Positions 1-10,500 of a DNA stretch of 64,000 nucleotides are shown piece after piece. Made by a program: the position numbers and the translations under genes. How positions within the stretch are numbered: position 1 is the stretch's first letter; each line of letters starts with the position of its first letter. Source of the DNA: Vitrella brassicaformis CCMP3155 (Eukaryota > Protista > Chromerida); NCBI GenBank assembly GCA_001179505.1, contig CDMY01000448.1:1-64000 (forward strand), written 5' to 3'. The notes below the pieces were generated by a model that saw only the letters and a program-made list of their open reading frames with translations, was not told the DNA's origin and did not search any database.

Positions 1-534
1 TCACTTTGTGCGTGATCTGGTCCTGAAAGGACAGCTCTGCGTCCACTGGATTGCTTCGAGCGAGAATACTGCTGACATCTTCACCAAGGGCCTCGACGAG
101 GCGCAGCACGCTCATCTGAGGATGAAGCTCCTCAACAATCCTGTGTTCGACGACGAAGGGACACCGATGGTGCCCGACGATCCGCACGACAAGGTGCTGA
201 TGGTGCCTGATCGGTCACACAGCGCAAACACAGACTCACACGCCGCTGAATGCGCCCTGTGCTGCTTTCTGCGTTTTGGTTCCGTCTGCTGAATGCGGAT
301 ACCTGTTTGAGAGGGGGAGGTCGCTGTAATGCGATGCAGAAGGACAGCACAGTGCGAGAGGGGGTGTCAGAGGCTGCGTGTGTTGGGGTAGATCCCCCCG
401 TGTAATGCCACTGCATGCTGAGAACCCTGAGCACTCCGAACTGTCCCTCCTTCTCGTGAACCGTCCCTCTGGCTCATCTGTTGCCTTAACGGGCAACGAC
501 AGCGATCCTCCACAGCCACTCTCATCTACCGACA
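1..534 (+). mobile_element. 3' end of a Ty1/copia LTR retrotransposon (RNase H C-terminus, 3' UTR, PPT, 3' LTR); 5' part lies outside the window
   Basis: ORF 8..292 starts RDLVLKGQLCVHWIASSENTADIFTKGL...LRMKL, the typical copia RNase H end (N-x-ADIFTK-x-L). A purine tract GAGAGGGGG (356-364) is followed directly by TG. Confidence 0.85.
365..534 (+). repeat. Putative 3' LTR (~170 bp) of the copia element
   Basis: Begins TGTCAG right after the polypurine tract and ends CCGACA at 534, a TG...CA terminus with a 5/6 inverted match. The right boundary cannot be checked against the 5' LTR, which is outside the window. Confidence 0.65.
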
Positions 535-548
535 ACCTGTTTTGCAAA

Positions 549-2125
549 ATGGCGCATGTGTTGCCTCTGCAGGTGTGGCAGCGTCGAGTGCTGTCCAATC
601 TGGGCGTCCGTGATGCCATCCGAGTCAGATCTTCGTCACGCGCCAGCGGCACCTCGGCTGTCAACTGCACCCTCATTCTCGGCCGCATCGACACATTGCT
701 GATTCGCTATGGGCTCAGTGGGCTGATTGACGTCGACAGACATGGCGGGACGGCTGGGGCGGCTCCGCTGCCCGGCGGCCTCTCGCGCATCGACTACCTG
801 TGCCGCGTGCTGTATCTGCTGGAGCGTGGTGGCCGTCTGTGGGCCTGGCTGGGCGGCTTCCTCCGCTTGGCGGCCATCTATCGGCTGACGCCCGCTACGC
901 CTCTGGTGATATCGGCTGAGTGGGTGCAGCAGCACTGGCCCACCAGGGCCGCCTTGCGCCAGCTGCCGCTCGCACTGGCCATCTACAAAGCCATCGGCCA
1001 TCTGCTCAGCCACAGAGGCGACAGCCTGGCCCTGACCACAGACGAACAGACGAACGAGAATGACGAGGTCAGTCACATCAGAGGGGACATTCATGACTGA
1101 CGTCTGCTGTCGTCATACCGTTGCCATGCGTTTCTGTCTGCAGGATGGTGGGCCTGACGGGAGTGACGAGCAAGAGGAGGATCTGGCCGAGCCGGTGGAC
1201 AATGCTGGCGCTGAGGAGGTCGGTGGCGGCCACATCAAGACATGTGTGTGTTCACTGCACCCACACATGTGCCCCTTACTCAGGACGACGGGCAAGAGGG
1301 GCCCATGGCGTCTGACGATGGCCAGGTCAGCAACAGACATACTGATGTGGTGTGGTGCTTTGATGGACGGCTCGTGTGTGTGGTGCATGGTGTGGCGGTT
1401 TGCAGGACACCCTGATTGGCGATGGCGACGGCGAGGCGGCCGGTGGGGGGCAGTCGATGGAACCTGACGGCGACGTAGGCATTGACTGCACTGCCCAATA
1501 GGGAGGGGCACACGGGTACGGTGTCCGCTGATTGCGTGTTTGTGTGTGCGAGCAGGACCATAGTGACGAGAGTGACGACCACCACATCTATCCCCACAAG
1601 GTCGGCACTGTGCGGTTCCGCATTCTGCCGGCCGACGAGGCCCCGGGCAACCAGCCCTACGACACAGACGACCCGGCCATCGAGGAGGACGGCTGTCGGA
1701 TCCGCTACTCGTCATTCTCGGCCTTCATGACGGACAACCTCATGTGCTACTGGTCCGTGAACATCGGAGCGGGCGACAAGATCGTTCTGAAGGCGTCAGT
1801 CCCACACGCTGATGCCCGCTTTCGGTCCCTCATGGCCACAGAGGCCGTGGGCGACTGCATCGTGGAGGACATGCATGTTGAGGATGGACATGGGGGACGC
1901 ACCGTGGTGCTGTGTGGCCACCGGTCGAATGAGACCGTCGCTGCGCACCTGCGGCTTACGCGTTTTGGATACATACGTATCCACACGACGGAGGGGCGTG
2001 TGGGTGGCGGTGTGTCTGTGGATGAGTGCTATCCCATTACCGTCCGCCATGCCCGTGATGTGCTCAGACAAGTGAGACTAGAGAGGGATGTGGTAGACCA
2101 GGGCATGCGCATGGATGGCCAGTAG
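549..2125 (+). CDS. Lineage-specific multicopy family protein, copy 1 (~424 aa, 5 exons: 549-1067, 1144-1218, 1284-1325, 1406-1474, 1556-2125)
   Basis: MAHVLPLQVWQRRVLSNL... N-domain, acidic mini-exon linker, and HKVG...CGHRSNETVAAHL...YPITVRHAR C-domain. GT-AG introns give a continuous frame. Near-identical paralogues at 35532-37132 and 47584-49108. Confidence 0.85.
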
Positions 2126-2301
2126 CTAGCTCAGACCAGCCGGTGTTTCTGTGCAGACCGACTGCATGTGTGACACGACTCATTGGATTGCATGATATCC
2201 GCGAGTGTAGTGCTTGAATGCCATTGAGTCGACAGAGTCATGCGATTACAAAGTGAAACACGCACAGCCCAGGCAACAGTGCACAGCATTTCGAAGGTCA
2301 G

Positions 2302-4820
2302 CTAGCGGGGTGTGGTGAAGAGCCCCTTGAGCATCGGCGGCTTCTTCACGTTGGCTATATTGGTCAGACCGGGATGTACCCTCCCTGCACACATCCATCC
2401 ATCCATGCATCCATACTCAACAGCCCACTCTACTCACCTGCAGCAGCGACTGCTTGTTCCTCTTCCTGCGACACGTGCTGTGTGGTGGGTCCCGGGCTTT
2501 CGCTGCTGATTGAGCTGTCGACGGGGTCGCGTCGCATGGCCTCGTCCGTCTCGAAGTTGTAGTGGAATGGGATGCCGCGGATGTCATAGAAGGTGTGCCA
2601 GGCCGGCCCGCGCCACAGCAGCGTCACGTCGGCGTCGCGCCGGCTGCTGTCGAGCAGGGGGCCCTTCTTGCTGTAGGTGATGCGACGGGGCCTCAGGTCC
2701 AGGTGGGGCGGCAGCTCCTGCACAGAGACAGACAGACAGACAGAGAGAGACATGGATGCACCTCACTGTGTTGTAGGGGTCAAGTCATGTGTGTCATACC
2801 TACCTTCACGTGTATCATTGCGTAGCAACGATGGCAGAAGTTCTCTGCATGTGTGACACACACAGAAGAGCCTCCGTCAGGGACATCAGGCACGCGCACC
2901 TTCCTCTTATAAGTGAGTGTCTATGTGTTTCAACGATCGCCCGACTGACCAAAAGTATAAGTGCATTGGAGTTTGGCCGGGAGAGTGAGGCACCTCGAGC
3001 AGGGGATCAGCCGGACAGGCCGATGGTTTCGCCGATCCCCTGACGGACAGACAGACAGACAGACAGACAGAAATCATTCAGGTCCCCCAGTGGACCGTCG
3101 CTACCTTTGCCGTGTATCTTAGTGAAGCACGCCTCGCAGAAAGAGTCATTGCAGCCTTATCATCAATCACACACCCATGGGTGCAATCCCATCAATCAAT
3201 GTGCACAGTGCGGGTCATATGACTCACTGGTGCAGAATATGGTGGCGACTTTGCCTGTCGTCCCTGCCGCCACTGCATCCCCCTCAGCAGCTGGCTTCTC
3301 GAGCATCATGGGCCCGCCCGCTGCCGTGTTGTCCGCCGATGCATGGGGTGCGCACTCGACACACATCATCTGACCGCTAGCGAGGTCTGCGCTGGCCACA
3401 AAAAGGGGAGGAAAGGGGATGAGGGGTCCAGAGACATGAGGAAGGAGACACGTGCTGCTCTCATTCACGTGATGCGCTTACCGTCTATGTTGGGTTCCTC
3501 GGTCTTGCCCGCCAGGAGGTCCTGTCAATCAACCGAGGGAAGGAACCGAGTGTGCGAAGCTAGCACTGGTGAAATGAGCAAGCGGATATGTGATGAGCGT
3601 ACGTGTATCTCATCTGCCTTGTCCCGCTCGATGCTGCGGCCACAAGCACACACACAGACACACGGAAACGGTTATTGCCGTGCGGATGTGCGAGTGTCTC
3701 TCTGAGTGTCTGCCTCACTGACTCTTTCACTCACTCAATGGCCTCGAGCAGCTGCACGACGTCCTGCTCCTCCACCTGCTGATAACTGAGGCGTGGACAC
3801 AACACACGGTAAGCCAGCCAAGCCAACGATATGTGTCTCTCTGCTGTGTGTGTCATGCGCGCGGGCACCCCACTCATCCATCCGCTCGCTGGCTCACTGT
3901 CTGTATTGGTGTGCGAAGTGCTTCAGGTAGGTCTTGAGTGTCCGACACACATATGGCTCCTGAAGTGCACACAGACATCGGCATACACGCAGAAAGGAGG
4001 TCGGTGCGTCCGTCCGTTTATTTGTTCGCGTTGGCAAGTGACCCACCCCACCTGGACAAGGTCGATTGAGAGTATTTCGGCAAAGCTCAGCAGCCATTGC
4101 GGGGACAACTGTGCAGGACCACACACACAGTAGAAGAGGCCCTTACACGTACAGGCATCCATCCCATCAATGTGTGGCCACCAGTGGGTGCTGCAACGAG
4201 CTGATGGACATCGACTCGGCCTCAAAGCTGGTCGGTCCATCAATCGACACACATGCAGCAGTGGCAGTAAGTTAGTTAAGTCGTGCAGATCAGATCTCTA
4301 TGCACCGCTGACCTACCCACCTCCACAGCATTCGTGTGATGCGCAGCTTCAGGTGCTCCTCGTGGGTGGCGTGCCTGCAGTGCTCCAGCAGCGACTTGAA
4401 GTAGTCGAAGAAGGGATGCTTCCACGTCGTCTGGTTTGTCTCGTTGTTCAGGTAACACACCTATACACACACAGACTTACTTGTGGGTGTCTGTCTGTTT
4501 GTCTGTGGCTCTTGGTGGATGGGTGCCTCTGTTTGTTGGTTGGATGGCTTACGATGCTGCCCACTCCCTTGTATGAAGTCCATGGTGGGGGCAGCTCCAT
4601 GCTGGCGAAACTCTCAACCACCTGATCGGTCATGGTGTGGTGTGTGTCTCTGTCCCACGACTGACGACTGCCCGTTTGACTGACCCATTTGAATGGTGCG
4701 TCGGCCTCGTCCAGGTCGGCCTCTATGTACAGTGCCCACTCCTCGATCGTCGGGCGGTTGCCCAGACAACGCAGCACAGGCTGAGTGGACGCTGAATGAG
4801 TGAGTGAGTGAGGGGACACA

Positions 4821-4857
<37 letters not shown>

Positions 4858-5783
4858 GGGAGACAGACGGACGACGCTAAGTGCATACGGATGGTCCCCC
4901 TTTTCTTGCTTTGTTCCCTCGCCCTTTTTGAGTGTGTTTTGTGTGGTAGGGTCGGAGAGGCCCATCAGGTAGAAGGGGTCGCCATCCAGCTCGTCCAAAG
5001 CCTGCTCACAGACAGACAGACAGACAGAGACAGACACACACACAGGGAGACAGACACTGTGACACTCTGCTCACGGAGATGCCCACTCTTCGGCCATCTG
5101 CTTACACCCTCAGTGAGCAGCTTCTTCCTTTCCAGCAGCCGCAACGTCTTTGACCAAAGCTCGTCGACATTGCTCGTCCACCCCTAGAAAGCCACGCAAC
5201 ACCACAGCGAAAAAAACATTAACTGCGGTGTACGCTTTTTCTTCTTTGTGTCGTGCTGCCTTCGACTTCGATGATATTTTCCGGCGTCTCAAAAGCTGTG
5301 CGGAACTCAGGAGCCCCCTCACCTATATCCAACCAAACACAGGAGAGATGGACGCACGTGAGAGAGGGGGATACAAGATCGCATCCCCAGACCCGCTGCC
5401 GCGCGTGTGCTTCATGTATGGCCTCCTCACCAGGTCTGATCTCCATGTACACGTATGTCTTATCGACAGGGTAGGAGGACAGGAATCCCACAGGAATGAG
5501 CCCCTCCGTCATGCCAACACGAGCGGCATCCTCGCTGGGAAACTGAAATCGATACGCCGGATTCTCCGTCTGATGCGTGGAAGAAGGCACCGACGCACAA
5601 ACCAGCACCAAGCACAATGGCCCTCATCGCCCCACACTCCTGCAGTGGTTGTGCTGTGCTTACATCGTGTATGCGTCCGAACTGGACGACCTTGTGTCTG
5701 GGGCCTTTGCTTGGACTCGGTGACCGGCCGGCCGCCTTGGTTGAGGTGCCTGCTGCCTTCGAGGGACGTCCCTTGCGCAGCAT
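2302..5783 (-). CDS. Multi-exon WW-domain and tandem B-box-type zinc-finger protein with a CEP164-N-terminus-like WW module
   Basis: Exons encode EEWALYIEADLDEADAPFKW..LPPPWTSYKGVGSIVCYLNNETNQTTWKHPFFDYF (CEP164-like WW, ~4330-4790); CVEC...ATIFCTSCNDSFCEACFTKIHGKGDRRNH and CSRCLTLPAKLQCTYTFENFCHRCYAMIH (B-box-like, ~2800-3380); WHTFYDIRGIPFHYNFET (WW-like, ~2540-2610). ATG at 5783, TAG at 2302-2304. Confidence 0.7.
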
Positions 5784-5873
5784 ACCGTTCAACAGTTTCG
5801 CGCAAGACTGGGGGCGGTTGGGGGCGTCCCCGTCTCGAAGTGGATTGAATCCTCAGCAGGGCGGCAAGCGAAA

Positions 5874-7536
5874 ATGGCAACGCCGGAGTGCAGGTAAGAC
5901 ACCGGGACGAAAGAAGACAGTGGCTGTAAAGTGTGTGCCGGTTCTCTCAGGAAGTGTGGGATGGTGTTTGCGGGTGCCGCCGAGCTGTCGAACCATGACC
6001 AGAACTTCTGCGTCGATGCGCCTGGACGGAAAGAGGAAGCTGACACGCTCTCGCCAGAGGACCGAGAAAAGGCCTTCCAGCAGCTCAAGTGCGGACGAAA
6101 TTGTAACACACTCAGTCTGATCAAGCTTCATATCCCGTCTTGCATGGCAGGGCCTACATTGCCAGTAGGGGGCCACGGGATGACCCGAAGAGCAAGCCAA
6201 CGCTGGCAACCACGGTACAACAAAGGGCATCGGTCACGTTCAATTTGTGTGAGTGTTGTTTTAACTGCAGCCCTTGGAGGAGATTGGCAAGAGGTTCAAC
6301 TTGCTGCGGCCGCTAGTGCGGGACTCGGACGATGCCAACGACAGGCTCATGCAAGCAAGGTGTGGCCGACGGGTGGAAAACACGAAGAGAGGAGGCCGGA
6401 GGGGCCATTGTTGAGTGTGGCGCTTTGTGTGGACTTCAGGTCTCATGAGCTGGCGGCAAAGGTCGCGGAGGCGCGGAGTGAGCGCCAGGTGCTGGCAGAA
6501 GAGAATGCCAAGGTCAAGCTAGGTCAGACACAGCACACGACGCATGCAGCCCCAGATGACACACCCAACCATGACGCCCCTCCGCTTGTCTGTCCGTCTG
6601 AACGTGTCTGTGTCCAGTTGGACGAGGAGCTCAAGGCCACTGTGCAGCAGATGCGGCAAAAGAAGGTCGGAGGGCCGCAGGGATCATCCGCCACACACAT
6701 ACTTTGGTGTGGTTTGGGTGTATGGTGCACGGATCTCGATCCATCATGATAACAGAGAGAGGCGGTGGACGTGCAGATGGAAAAGGAGAAACTCGAGAAA
6801 GAGCTGCAGGCACGTGACACCTAACGACACATGAGCCAGCACACAAACGACGCCAACGGACGGATGGCTGGTTGAATCGATTTGTCTGTCTATGGGTGGT
6901 CAGCACTTGGACCAGGGCCGCCTCGCCGCGCTCACCGAAGAGGGGCGGCAGCAAGTCCAGGTGAGCAATTGGTTGAGAGAATACCATAGCGGAAACATCC
7001 ATCGATTGGCCGGTCCACTGCTGCCTTTCCTCCTTCCTGTCTGCCCCACACATACAGTCCCTGCAGCTAGAGCTGAGAAAGCTCAGAAGACAGGTGACAT
7101 CAAAGCAGAAACAGGAGACTACATACACGCCCATTCCCTCCCTCCCTCCCTCCCTCCCTCCCTCCCGGTGTGTGTTGTCAGGATGAGCGTCTGGCATCGC
7201 AGATCGAGGCCGCCAAGGACCAGATACTGCACAGGAGACAACAGTCAGTCATTCAGCCAGGCCAGGCAACACATCGATCGCATCTACCATACCAATGGGG
7301 TCCATCGATCCGTCCGTCCACCCATGGATGGATGGATGGATGGCTACATGGGTGCGTGGCTGTCTGCAGGTATGAGAAGGGCAAGGAGAGGGGGTCTCAG
7401 TCGGCGCGGCTGCCCCCCACCAACCCCTTCGCCGTCGAGCAGCTCCTCAGCCTCGCCAAGCGACAGGCGGTACGTATGTCTGTCTGTATGTGTGTCTGTG
7501 ATATGACACAGAGACGAGAGACGCCTACACCCGACA

Positions 7537-7569
<33 letters not shown>

Positions 7570-10500
7570 GACTGCAATGCGGCTCTCTATCATTCATCCA
7601 TTCATTCAGGCGGAGGAATCGGAGCTGGTGGCGAAGCATCGCAAGTGAGCATCCATCCATCCATCCATCAAGACACGCCTGTTTGTTCTCCTGCAACTCA
7701 ACTCACTGACTGCCGTTGTAATCAATCAATCGTCAGATTGCATGAGGAGAGGACAAAGCTCGAGTCGGACTGGCACGCCCTGCAGGGCCGCAAAGAAACC
7801 ACTCACACAGACGCAGAGACCCCTCCGCTACACAACGAGTTCTCCCCTGACGCACTTGGTAGGTACACACACATATACAGGGGGTGGGGTGCTGCATCCA
7901 CCTTGCAGCATACACACACGAGATGCGATGCCTGCAGCTGAGTTCGTCAAGGGTGTGGAGCAGAACCTCGATGCCGACAGGGTGGGTGGGGTGCCTGGGC
8001 ACATCCATCCATCCCTATGTCGCTTGTCGGTCTATGGCCTGTCTTCTGCTCTGCTGCTGCCGTGCGCTCTCTCCTCATGCAGGAGCACCTCCGTGTGCTG
8101 CAAGAGTCCTACCAGGAGACCATCCAACACGCCAAGGCAATCGAAGCACACCCAACGGCAGCCGCCGCCACGCAGCCACCAGGTCAGCAAAAGGCCAGCA
8201 ACTATCCACCCGATACCGGGCAGCCCACTCTTGCCCGCATCTCATTGTCAGGCGCTGAGGACGATGCCCATCAAGAGGAGCTGCCTTCGAGCATCCAGCG
8301 TATTGCTGACAATGTCGCACACACGCTCGATAGGTCAGCAGCTACACACACGCACACACACAGAGAGAGCGAGAGACGGAGCCGCACGCAAAGCTGCCCA
8401 CACGGCAGGTCCCCCGAGGCGGCCCCGCACCTCACATCCGCTGTGCAGCAGGCACTGAGGTGAACGAACGGCTGTATGAGACACATGCATATGACACGCC
8501 AGCAGCCTGGCTGCATGTGCAGGTCAGCCTTCGCGTGTGAGGAGGATTCGGCCCTTTCCCCCGCCCAGCCACAGCAGGGCCCCGACACGGACGGGTCAGC
8601 TCAATCCATCACACACAACGACAGACATGTCTGTCTGTCTTTGCCACTACATCTCTCTGTCTGCACCCTTGATGAATCTGTACCTATATCATCAGAGCGG
8701 TGCTCCGTCAGCGCAGCACTTTCGTGGACGCCGCGCCGTCCAGTGCTCGTAGCGTGGCTGGAGACAGCTCTTTGAGAGGCAAGACGCCCGGGTTTGGGGG
8801 CGAGTCCGCCTCAGACATACACCGGGATGATCGGCCGCCATCGCAGGCGTCACACAACAGCAGCGATATCGTGGAGCGATACATCAAGTGACCACCTGCC
8901 CCTGGAGAAAGAATGAGACATATGGAAACATAGATGTCTGTTTGTTGTTTGTAGGGAGGGTGGTTGTGACCCGGCTGTGTTGCAGCACCTGATCGGCCTC
9001 CGGGACTCCCCAGGCAAACCCCTCTCTCTCCCCCCAGCCCCAGCCCAACCAGCGGCACCAGCACAACCACCAGCAGCGGGTGTGTCGCCTTTGTCTGCGG
9101 CCGAGGAGGACATATTGCGTCGTCAGCAGCATGAGGCACTGCAGCTGCAGCAAAGGCTCCACGCCATGCAGAGCGAGATGCGCACACTCGACGCGCACGC
9201 CTACTCACCTCCCGCCCCTCGCACACCCCCGCCATGGTGGGCCGGGGGGGCGCTGCCGCCGTACCCCTACCCTCCGCCAGTGGCTTTCCCGGCTGATGCC
9301 ACACCTCCACCCGCACAGGCACCTGCCGCCCCCGCCACGCGTGGGCATGCTGAGACGCGTTGAATAGTGATTGATGTGCGATTGTCTGTCTGTCTGTCTG
9401 TCGTGAGCGTGCAGGTGAGGAGAAGGCCAAAGCAGAGCAGGCGGAGACGGGGGCGAGCGGTACTGGTAGTGGTGGTGGTGGTGATGACAGCGGTACGGCG
9501 ATGCTGCGTCAGCTGGTGGAGCAGGAGCGGATGCAGCTGGAGGCGCTGATGCGCCTGCCGCCCGACTCTGACCTCTACGCCCTCAGACACAAACACTTCC
9601 AGGAGATGACCGGTCTTAGATGTGAAATCGAAAAGACCCTACAGGAAAAGACACTGGAAGAGGTACGTACCAATGTCATGACCAGAGCAGAATGTGTGTG
9701 TGTGTGTGTGTGTGTGTCAGCTGCGTTTGGACCGTGACAGGGCCATTGAGGCGCGTCGTCGTCAGGAGAGGGAGGAGGCGTGGCTGGAAGAGCAGAAGAG
9801 GACACTCATCGAGCTTGAGGTCAAGAAGCGACTCGCAAGGGAGGGCGAACGGCCCGCCACGCCTCCGCCAGAAGACCAGCCCTACGACCCCTCAAAGGGA
9901 TTCTACATCTACTGGGACTTCATCGAAGCGCTCCCACTCAGGCAATCCATCCATCCATCCATCCACTCGCAGTGTGATGACGATGCTGTGTCTCCCTCCC
10001 TCTCTCCCTCCTTCTGTGCGCAGGTTCAATCGGTGCCGAATCGCCTACGCCTTCTATGACGGCCCCTCAGCTCTCTCGAGCGTCAAGGCCACCCACACCG
10101 AGACCGCCCTCAGCATCGGCTCGGCACTCAGAGTCACATTCGCCTCCTCCCGCCTCCTCACCCTCCTTCCCGGCGCACCTAACGCGCGCCTCGTCCTGGA
10201 GGTCCAGTTCGAGCCGCAGACTGCCAAAGACACATCGGAGACCAGCCCTCGAGACGAAAAGGACGATGCTGCGAACACCCCCACGGCCGCACAGGTGGTG
10301 CCAGTGGGGTGGACAGCCGTGGAAGTGTTTGATGGCGCCGGGCGGCTGCGGGCAGGGAGATACCAGTGCCCGGTCCTTCGGCCGCCTCCCCTGGTGGCGG
10401 CGCCGTCACCGGTCCTGGCGGGGGTGGAGCGGATCGCTGACGGCTGCCGGGTGTTCATGCGGATCGGGTATGTGGACCGGCACATCCAGGACACCCGCTG

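Noticed and set aside
480-497. GTTGCC-TTAACG-GGCAAC palindrome resembling an RFX X-box
   Set aside because: The 6-nt spacer exceeds the 0-3 nt X-box consensus and it lies inside the LTR; more likely a small LTR hairpin.
301-542. ACCTGTTT at 301 and 535 as a target-site duplication of the LTR
   Set aside because: The first copy lies inside the element, upstream of the PPT; a true TSD partner must flank the 5' LTR outside the window.
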